From a virus (lineage: Duplodnaviria; Caudoviricetes), in IMG/VR virus record IMGVR_UViG_3300021431_000076, positions 224,001 through 288,000 of that record: a stretch of DNA of 64,000 nt. One strand, given 5' to 3'. The notes beneath the pieces are model-generated. The model was given only the letters and a program-made list of their open reading frames with translations, searched no databases and had not been told where the DNA came from. A program made the position numbers and the translations under genes. Shown here piece after piece: positions 38,608-46,443 of the stretch. Within the stretch, counting starts at the first letter, position 1. Each line of letters opens with the position of its first letter.

Positions 38608-39267
38608 ATGAAGTTGATTGTAGTAGTAGATTTACAGAATGAATTCCTTGGTTGGCAACCTGAAGAGATTAAGAAATCTCTTCCAAAGAAAGTGGTGGAT
38701 TATCTAAAAAATCAAATGGAAAAGAGTGATCATACAAGAATAATATGTACTCGTGATACACATCTTGAAAAAGATTATAATGAATATTTTGAATCTTGGA
38801 CTTATCCAATTCATTGTGTTCGTGGTACTTGGGAATGGGAATTAGCAGATGAGCTTGAGGCATTCATGAATGATAGAGCCTATAAAAAGTGCTGGGTAGT
38901 CAATAAACCTACTTATGGAGACTATTCTGATATACTGGGACTTAAAAGACTCTTTAGATGGGAATTTGACGAAATTGAAGTAGTTGGTCTTACAACAGAT
39001 ATTTGTGTATTGGCTACTATGGTTATGCTCAACTGCCTATTCCCTAAAGCAGAATTATCTGTTATTGATGAGCTTACTTATGGTACTTCTGAAGAGAAGA
39101 AACAGCATGCTTATCAAATAATTAATTCTATGGGATTCCATATCAAGACACTTCAGGGATTTGATTATAATACTCCTGAAGCATGGGAAGATGAAGCTAT
39201 CGAAAATAAAGTTATTGATAAGTGTTTTGAGATGGCTGACAATCTTAAAGAGAAGGATGATGAATAA
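38608..39267 (+). CDS. pncA: Nicotinamidase / isochorismatase-family cysteine hydrolase
   Basis: VVDLQNEF, TRDTH, HCVxGT, K and GLTTDICV catalytic motifs. Confidence 0.8.
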   Translation: MKLIVVVDLQNEFLGWQPEEIKKSLPKKVVDYLKNQMEKSDHTRIICTRDTHLEKDYNEYFESWTYPIHCVRGTWEWELADELEAFMNDRAYKKCWVVNKPTYGDYSDILGLKRLFRWEFDEIEVVGLTTDICVLATMVMLNCLFPKAELSVIDELTYGTSEEKKQHAYQIINSMGFHIKTLQGFDYNTPEAWEDEAIENKVIDKCFEMADNLKEKDDE

Positions 39268-41870
39268 TGAGAAAAATGATCATCATGAGGGGCTTACCTG
39301 GTTCTGGTAAGTCCACATGGATTAGACAACATGACCTAGAGGACTATACTCTATCTCCTGATAATATTAGAAAGATTGTTGCTAATCCTGTCATGAGAAT
39401 AGATATTCCATACTTCACTGTAGATCAGACTAGAGATTTCATTGCATGGGGTATTCTGTTTGATGTTCTGGAGCAGAGAATGCAGAGAGGTAACTTTACT
39501 GTTATTGATGCTACAACTCTTACTGCAGACCAGTTCAATAGATATAAAAAGCTTATTGAGAGATATAAGTATAGAGCATTGATAGTAGACTTTACTGATA
39601 TGCCTCTAGAAGAGATCAAGAAGCAGAATGCAGAAAGAGCTAATACAGTAGGTTATGTTCCTGAATGGGCTATTGATAGGCTCTATACCAGATGGGAGAA
39701 TACTGAAGAGTTTATTAAGTCTAATAAGTTTAAGATTATTAAGCCTACCGACTTCTATGAGTTTGATAAGTTCATGTCTATGAAACCTCTTCAGCTAGAT
39801 GAAATGGGTTTCAAGAAAGTAGTATTCATTGGTGATATTCATGGTTGCTGGTCTGCATTGAATAACTACTTTAAGGATACTACTCCTAATGATCATCCTG
39901 ATACATTCTATATATTCTTAGGTGATTATTTGGATAGAGGCCCTGAGAATGTGGAGACTTTCAAACACTTATACGATTGGAGGGAATGCAAGAACGTCTT
40001 ATTACTGCAAGGTAATCATGAAGATCATTGGAAGAATTTTGTTCATGATAATATACCAGATGATGCTTATGAGAAGATTGATTTCTTTAAAGAAACTCTT
40101 CCTCAGTTAACTGAAGCTGGTATCACTAAGAAAGATATCGCTAGATTAGCTGATAGACTTGGTCAGTGTGCTTACTTGCAGAATAAGTTTACTCAAATTT
40201 TAGCTACTCATGCTGGTATCAATGGTATGATTAAAACTTATGAAGATGGTAAGAAGATAGCTACTAGCTTCTATGATTCTTATTTCCTTACTAAGATGAA
40301 TACCTATCAAATGGTACATGGTGTTGGTGGATATGGTGATGTAAATAAGATTGCTGAACAGTGGGAAGAATTCATCAATGTTTCTAAAGGTCAAATCAAA
40401 GGTGGAGAATTCAAATTCTACCAAATCTTTGGTCATAGAAATGATGATAAACTTCCTGTTCAAGTATCTGAACATGTCTTCAATTTAGAGGGTGGAGTAT
40501 CTATCCTTCTCAATGAGAATGCTAGACTTAGAATAGTAGAGTATGATGTTGAGAATGATACTATGACTCCTGTGGAGGTCATAAATCCTAAGTGGAATAT
40601 AGGTTATGAGAATACTCCTAATCCTCATACTGCTCTTATCAAAGATAGAATGATTAGAGCTAAGGGTCTTATCAATGTGAAGAGATTGCATGATAATGTA
40701 TGTGCATTCAACTTCTCTCATGATGCTTGGTATTCTAAAGGGTGGAATAGTCTTACTTGTACTGCAAGAGGATTGTTCATAGACGTGGAAAAGAATGAAG
40801 TAGTTGCTAGATCTTACGATAAGTTCTTCAATTACAAAGAAAGAAGAGAGACAAAAGATCTTGATCAGATGCTTAGACATATCAAGTATCCTGTAAGTGT
40901 ATATGAAAAATATAATGGCTTCCTTGGTATTCTTTCTACATACAATGGAGAATTACTGTTTTGCAGTAAGTCTGAGGATCATTTATCCACTTACAAGAGT
41001 AATAGCGATTATGTACCTCCTCTTGGTAAGAAGATTGAGTATGCCATTAAGGATGGTCTGCGGGCTATTATCCCAAAAGAGAAGCAAGAAAAGTTAAAGC
41101 ATTGGTTTGATGAGCATGAATATTATTCCATGTCTAGAATAGTAAATAAACATCTTATCGACCATAGACAACCATCTAACTGCATGGCTCTTCTCTTCAA
41201 AGAGAACTTTGAAAAGCTTGTTCCTATAGAAACTCAGGAGAAGATTAAGAAGTTCTTACTAGAAAAGAACTGCTCTATGCTATTTGAAGTAATTGATCCT
41301 GAAAGAGATCCTCATATCGTTGTATATGATAAACCTAGAGTAGTATTACTTGATATCGTATATAATGATATTGAGAAGCCAGCAACTCTCTTCAGTTATA
41401 AGAATCTGCAGAATCTAAATAATGGTGTCTTCCATATTGATCTCAAAGAGCAAGTAGAAGTCATTAAAGATGAAGAACATTTTAGAGCATTTGTAGAAGG
41501 ATTCTATGGTTCTACTCATCTTAACAAAGAAGGATTTGTATGTAAAGATGCTGAAGGATTCATGCTCAAGTTCAAGACAGCAGATTATAAGTTCTGGAAA
41601 TGTATAAGAACTATGCTTGATAGTATCAATGATAGTGAGTATGGAGCTGTTCCTACATTCAAGCATACTTGTCCTTACTTATCTGCTGAATTTGATTCTA
41701 CTGTGGTTCAATACTATAGTGAAAAGTTTGATAATCTACTAGAATTCTTATTAGAAAAGTTTGGTCAAGAGAGAAGAGATGAACGTATAATATTACCTCC
41801 TAACTTCTTAATCAAACCAGATGGTAGTAGATACAATCTTATCGAAATTCGTAAAATGGCAAACATGTAA
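39267..41870 (+). CDS. Trifunctional RNA repair enzyme: polynucleotide kinase, metallophosphoesterase and RNA ligase (Pnkp-like)
   Basis: GLPGSGKS P-loop; GDIHG, GDYLDRG, GNHE, HAG, FGH; ligase motifs EKYNG, FE, EGFV and KxK. Confidence 0.9.
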   Translation: MRKMIIMRGLPGSGKSTWIRQHDLEDYTLSPDNIRKIVANPVMRIDIPYFTVDQTRDFIAWGILFDVLEQRMQRGNFTVIDATTLTADQFNRYKKLIERYKYRALIVDFTDMPLEEIKKQNAERANTVGYVPEWAIDRLYTRWENTEEFIKSNKFKIIKPTDFYEFDKFMSMKPLQLDEMGFKKVVFIGDIHGCWSALNNYFKDTTPNDHPDTFYIFLGDYLDRGPENVETFKHLYDWRECKNVLLLQGNHEDHWKNFVHDNIPDDAYEKIDFFKETLPQLTEAGITKKDIARLADRLGQCAYLQNKFTQILATHAGINGMIKTYEDGKKIATSFYDSYFLTKMNTYQMVHGVGGYGDVNKIAEQWEEFINVSKGQIKGGEFKFYQIFGHRNDDKLPVQVSEHVFNLEGGVSILLNENARLRIVEYDVENDTMTPVEVINPKWNIGYENTPNPHTALIKDRMIRAKGLINVKRLHDNVCAFNFSHDAWYSKGWNSLTCTARGLFIDVEKNEVVARSYDKFFNYKERRETKDLDQMLRHIKYPVSVYEKYNGFLGILSTYNGELLFCSKSEDHLSTYKSNSDYVPPLGKKIEYAIKDGLRAIIPKEKQEKLKHWFDEHEYYSMSRIVNKHLIDHRQPSNCMALLFKENFEKLVPIETQEKIKKFLLEKNCSMLFEVIDPERDPHIVVYDKPRVVLLDIVYNDIEKPATLFSYKNLQNLNNGVFHIDLKEQVEVIKDEEHFRAFVEGFYGSTHLNKEGFVCKDAEGFMLKFKTADYKFWKCIRTMLDSINDSEYGAVPTFKHTCPYLSAEFDSTVVQYYSEKFDNLLEFLLEKFGQERRDERIILPPNFLIKPDGSRYNLIEIRKMANM

Positions 41871-41925
41871 ATGTTAAGAGTAGGGATCATTAGATCCCTA
41901 CTTATTTTATTAAGGAGATGATAAT

Positions 41926-42498
41926 ATGATAGAAGCTATAATTATAGATAAACTTATCGGAATGGCCAAATGGTTTAATTTCATTGGCTGGGTTATATCT
42001 ACATTGATATTTATATGGACACTTTCACGAGGAATAAGAGATACAGGTTATGGTGGAGAAGAATGGTCTATAGATTATTATAATATAGCTCAAAGAGAAG
42101 ATAGATTTACAAATCTTACAATTCTTTTCTGTATCATACAAACAATCATTTTATTTAATCCATTAACATTAAATGGATTTCCTCACACACAAGCTATTTA
42201 TGATGCATTTGAAGGGGTGTATTGTTATCTAGTTATGTTTAGTATAAATCATATACCATATAGGATTTTCAGTATACCAATGCTAGCATTATTATTACTA
42301 CACTATAGATCTATTCTTTCTAATAATAAGGGTAAAGGAACATGTTATGATTATGAAGAACAAATAACCAGATCTAAGTTTATAAATACTACAATGATCA
42401 TAATAGTAGCGCTATTCATTCAAGTAGCAGCATATTTGTTAGTTCCATCAAATGATTTTATAATACACAATATAGCTGGAATAGATTTAGAATTGTAA
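41926..42498 (+). CDS. Multi-pass membrane protein
   Basis: Four to five hydrophobic segments; SD AAGGAG. Confidence 0.75.
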   Translation: MIEAIIIDKLIGMAKWFNFIGWVISTLIFIWTLSRGIRDTGYGGEEWSIDYYNIAQREDRFTNLTILFCIIQTIILFNPLTLNGFPHTQAIYDAFEGVYCYLVMFSINHIPYRIFSIPMLALLLLHYRSILSNNKGKGTCYDYEEQITRSKFINTTMIIIVALFIQVAAYLLVPSNDFIIHNIAGIDLEL

Positions 42499-42581
42499 AA
42501 AGCTACATTTATGCAGACTAATATTTAGAACAGTTATATACTATATACATGTAAAGTTTAAACGTATAGGAGGTTTGTATT

Positions 42582-43283
42582 ATGGCTACTAAAGAAGTGC
42601 TTACTATTGCTCAGATTATTGCTGAGTGTAAGTCTACACAAAATAAAATCTTCACTGTCATTGGTGATAGAGATTTTCGTCTAGTAGAATATTATATTAA
42701 GGCTAAGCCTTATATTGGTGCTCGTAACATTGCAGAAGAAGAAGAAAGAATCACTTCTGATGCTGATAAGATCTCTGATCTTATGGTTCGCCTTGATGCT
42801 CTTACTAAAGCTCGCATTAAGGCTAATGCTGAAACTATGGTTAAAGTTCCTGAGCAGCTTTCCCTCAAAGATCTCTTTGCAGGTAAAGAAGCTAAGGTAG
42901 AAGAGATCAGCATTGCTGAAGCTATTAATCGTAAGAAGTACTATATAAACTTCATGAAGTCTATTATAGCTAACTTCGAACGTCAGCTTTCTAATGCATC
43001 TTCTCGGAAAGGTCAGCTTGAATATGAGGCTGCTAATCTTGTCAATCATGACCTTGACCAGCAGTTCCCTCGCGATGTTCAAAAGAACTGGTCTACGGAT
43101 GCACAGAAAAAAGCTCGTGAAGAGCTTGAAAAGAAGTATGAAGTAGTTCGTCTTGATCCTAAAAACATCATTTCGAATGACTCTATTAATAAGCTCAAAA
43201 CTTCGGTAATGGACTATATTGATAAGATAGATACTACTCTGTCTATCATTAATGCTAAGACTGAAGTCACCATTGAGTACTAA
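42582..43283 (+). CDS. Coiled-coil protein, pattern similar to DIP1984-like proteins
   Basis: LTIAQ...ARIKANAETMV...SIAEAINRK...DTTLSIINAKTEV; early motif near 42536; SD AGGAGGT; CGT/CTT/GCT-rich codons like hup. Confidence 0.8.
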   Translation: MATKEVLTIAQIIAECKSTQNKIFTVIGDRDFRLVEYYIKAKPYIGARNIAEEEERITSDADKISDLMVRLDALTKARIKANAETMVKVPEQLSLKDLFAGKEAKVEEISIAEAINRKKYYINFMKSIIANFERQLSNASSRKGQLEYEAANLVNHDLDQQFPRDVQKNWSTDAQKKAREELEKKYEVVRLDPKNIISNDSINKLKTSVMDYIDKIDTTLSIINAKTEVTIEY

Positions 43284-43289
43284 TATCTG

Positions 43290-43820
43290 ATAAGTTTATT
43301 GCTTGGGAGACCAAAATATAAAATCAATCAACCCTTTTCTTTACTTGAGAAGTTGGTTCTTTTGGGGTTATAAAAGAACTTAAATTCTCTTAATGAATTC
43401 TTTAGAAAAAAAGAATCAGCGACTCATAATCGCTACATAATAAGGCAGATAAAGCAACGATCTTTTAAATCGTGTTAGCTTATCACATCTGGCATTAATA
43501 TAAAGATATGCCACCAGGAGACTTTAAACCTTTAAAGATTTAAATTTATAAAGTCTAAACTTTTAAACCTTTAAAAAGCCCCTCCAGAATTGACAGGCTC
43601 ATATAGATACCTAATAGCAAAGGGGCACTTTAACTTTATAAACTTTTATAAACGATTGGCAATAATATAATTTAAAACTTCCAATCATTATAAACCTTTA
43701 AAGATTTAAACTTATAAACCAAATCCTATACTAGCAACACTGTTACTCGAAGAGGGTCACTGAGGTGTTTGATTGACCTCAAATATCAGTTATAGGTGAT
43801 TAACCTGAGCATAAATTTAT
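43290..43820 (+). ncRNA. Candidate large structured ncRNA with internal TAAA repeats
   Basis: 17-bp terminal stem 43290-43307/43804-43820, second long-range stem 43331-43339/43749-43757, many internal hairpins, no ORF. Confidence 0.7.
43522..43720 (+). repeat. Three tracts of 7-9-nt units ending in TAAA
   Basis: CTTTAAA CCTTTAAA GATTTAAA TTTATAAA GTCTAAA CTTTTAAA CCTTTAAA; 20-mer TAAACCTTTAAAGATTTAAA exact at 43525-43544 and 43691-43710. Confidence 0.85.
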
Positions 43821-44000
43821 AAATAAAATGAGATTGCAATTTATTATCATCTTTGTAGCGAATCAAATGCTGCATGGTAGCTACGGTAATTTTTCCAGAA
43901 CCTAGCTCTAGTTTACATTTAAATTTAATCTCATTGATTTGCCGTTAAATTAAATTATTGATTGGATGGCAAAGTCGCGTAACTTAAAAAATCATACACT

Positions 44001-44048
44001 AAATACAGGTAGACTCCTTGTGAGTCTACCTGTATTTTTTCTTTTTTT
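44001..44048 (+). terminator. Strong intrinsic terminator closing the protein+RNA unit
   Basis: AAATACAGGTAGACTC-CTTGT-GAGTCTACCTGTATTT plus T run. Confidence 0.85.
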
Positions 44049-44105
44049 CAAGCATATATTATAGTAGTGATGAATGAATGTATTAAAAGAAAGGAAGGAT
44101 TCATC

Positions 44106-44450
44106 ATGATGGAAAACAAAGTAGTCGTAAACCTCTGCCCGCATCCGATTAACATTATTGCTTCTGATGGGAGCATCCGTAACTTTCCTAAATGTGAGGT
44201 ACCTGCAAGGGTATCCCAGTCTGAGGAAGTGGTTGGAAACATCCTTGGGGTGGAAATCACTCGCCAGAAGTTTGGCAAAGTTGAAAACCTTCCCGAGCCA
44301 CAGGAAGGTACTTATTTGGTTGTATCTCGCCTGGTTGTTGCGGCAGCTCAGGCAGAAGGGAGGGATATATCTGATCTGCTAATTCCTGGTCCTGGTGTAC
44401 GGGACGAAGAGGGACGGATAATAGGAGCCAAAGGCTTCTCCGTCCTGTAA
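44106..44450 (+). CDS. Small NLxPH-motif protein; candidate Crn4-like ring nuclease
   Basis: VNLCPH, PARV, LPEPQEGTYLVVS and VRDEEGRIIG; own early promoter and TTCG terminator; family link is from memory. Confidence 0.5.
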   Translation: MMENKVVVNLCPHPINIIASDGSIRNFPKCEVPARVSQSEEVVGNILGVEITRQKFGKVENLPEPQEGTYLVVSRLVVAAAQAEGRDISDLLIPGPGVRDEEGRIIGAKGFSVL

Positions 44451-44548
44451 TTTACTCGGGGGCTTCGGCCCCTTTATTTTTTCTTTTTAATTTCAATTAT
44501 ATATTATATTAGTGATCCAATCAATTTATTTCAATGGAGGATGATATT

Positions 44549-44908
44549 ATGTATCAAAATTTAAATTCAAATCAAAACACGTTTGGTTATTCTTATCAGG
44601 ATAATCAACAATATGTGTCTGCTCCTTTGGTAGAGCAAACACTTGTCCATGATCAGCAACAACAAATGTATGGTTATGGAATGCATAATGTAGAATCAAA
44701 TAACAATCCTGTTCCAATACAGATGCAACCAAGTTATACTATAAACTATTATAATACTTATAATATAACAAATTCTGGCAATACATACACTAATACTAAC
44801 TGTAATAATAAGAATCTTGATCTGAGTATAGAGTTTTTTAAACCTTTAGCTAAAGGTGCTGGTATCGCAACTTTAGCTTTTATAGGTAGAAAACTACTTA
44901 AATTGTAA
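44549..44908 (+). CDS. Q/N/Y-rich protein with C-terminal hydrophobic helix
   Basis: Early motif near 44498; SD GGAGG; terminator after the stop. Confidence 0.7.
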   Translation: MYQNLNSNQNTFGYSYQDNQQYVSAPLVEQTLVHDQQQQMYGYGMHNVESNNNPVPIQMQPSYTINYYNTYNITNSGNTYTNTNCNNKNLDLSIEFFKPLAKGAGIATLAFIGRKLLKL

Positions 44909-45036
44909 TTTACAAAACAAGGGCTAAAAGCCCTTGTTTTTTTATATTTTTTTATCTATATATTATAACTATGATAAAGTCAAAGACCTGCATCATGGTG
45001 GTGCAGGCATGTTTATTTTGAAAGGAGGACTTTATC

Positions 45037-45687
45037 ATGGAAATGTTCGTATTCTCGAAAAAGGTTGATCAGAAATTAGTTGAATTAGGAGGTGTATTCA
45101 CGCAAGCAATTGTTTCTTGGCAGGAAACAGATTGGTACTGGAGCAAGTACCATGATAACTTTGAGGTTCTCGGTCACACGAGAAAATCAAAGAATGGATT
45201 CAAATTTAATGAGGGTAGAGTAGCCCTCTACCAGCCTGAAAAAGGCAAAGTCATGCTATTCAATAAATATGACAAAGAAACTGAAATGGAGGTGACTAAA
45301 GAGGAGTTTTTCTCTGATCCTGAAGTATGGATCGAATTAATGGATTCAGAAAAAGGAAAAGAGAAATTTAGGGAAGAACAAGAATATCTAGAAAAAAGAA
45401 GAAAGGAGGCTGAAGAAAAAGCTAAGCAATTACAAGCTTTAGCAGATAAATTGAATGAAGCACTCAAAAAGAAAGGAGGATTTAAATTTAAAGATAGTTT
45501 CTATGGAAGTGAGTATACTATTGAATATGTCACTGCTATAGGCAGTGCTTACATAGAAGCCACCGTGTGGAATGGTGGCTACGCCTACGGTCACAAATCT
45601 TGTTATGAATCGCTATTGTCGAAAATAGCAGATGCAACAAAAGAATACGGTTCTAAACAGGAATTGATTGAGGCAATACTCAAATAA
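45037..45687 (+). CDS. Hypothetical protein (class I leader)
   Basis: SD AAGGAGG; TTCG terminator at 45694-45722. Confidence 0.8.
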   Translation: MEMFVFSKKVDQKLVELGGVFTQAIVSWQETDWYWSKYHDNFEVLGHTRKSKNGFKFNEGRVALYQPEKGKVMLFNKYDKETEMEVTKEEFFSDPEVWIELMDSEKGKEKFREEQEYLEKRRKEAEEKAKQLQALADKLNEALKKKGGFKFKDSFYGSEYTIEYVTAIGSAYIEATVWNGGYAYGHKSCYESLLSKIADATKEYGSKQELIEAILK

Positions 45688-45777
45688 TGCTGTGGGGGCT
45701 TCGGCCTCCTTTTTTCTTTTTTAAATTTATTTTTATTTATATATTATATAGGTGTAGATGGAAGGAGGTGAAAGTTT

Positions 45778-46269
45778 ATGATTGATAAAGAGTCATTGTT
45801 TGATCTTTTTGAACAAATTAATGGTGTTAAACCACCAAAGAAGGTTGTCAAATCCGTTTCTAAATATTGCAAAGATAGAAAGAAACAATTATATGAAAAT
45901 AAGAGTTCAGAAATTGCTAATATAGTCTATAAGACTAAATTGAATTCTTATTATCTAAATAATGACAACCAAAAGGTTTCCGTTAAAGTAAATATAGAAT
46001 ATACGAACCATGCGTACAACCGCATAGCTTTACGGGAACTTAATCGCTTAGATCTAGAAACTGCTATTAAGAGGGGAATAAGCAAACTTTTTAGACTAAG
46101 TGATCGACTAGAAAGCGATTTTCAAATCTACTCTTCAAGATACTTTACTGTAATACCAGGTGCAGTATACTTTGATAGAGATAGACGGGTAATGAGAATA
46201 GTTATTAAGACTGCATTCACAGCTCCTAAACCTAATTTCAATATCCAAGATAAGCTGATCTATGTCTAA
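45778..46269 (+). CDS. Hypothetical protein with DUF4258/RelE-like RNase signature
   Basis: YTNHAYNRIALR...IVIKTA; early motif; SD AAGGAGGTGA. Confidence 0.55.
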   Translation: MIDKESLFDLFEQINGVKPPKKVVKSVSKYCKDRKKQLYENKSSEIANIVYKTKLNSYYLNNDNQKVSVKVNIEYTNHAYNRIALRELNRLDLETAIKRGISKLFRLSDRLESDFQIYSSRYFTVIPGAVYFDRDRRVMRIVIKTAFTAPKPNFNIQDKLIYV

Positions 46270-46443
46270 AAAGTATGCTTGCTTAATCCTCAACCAGAGC
46301 AGCATTCTTTTTTGTAATTTTGATATTCTTTGCTTATATATTATAGGGTTGATATTTACCATTAGTGGTAGGCCTATGAGCCTACACTTACAGCTTTTTG
46401 TTTTTTTAGCGCCACATTCATATAATGAGAAAGGAGGACTATT

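Noticed and set aside
43522-43720. CRISPR array
   Set aside because: Units are 7-9 nt and contiguous; there are no constant-length repeats with unique spacers and no cas genes.
43284-44000. Group I/II intron or retron/DRT-type RNA
   Set aside because: No interrupted gene, no recognisable intron core and no reverse transcriptase in the window.
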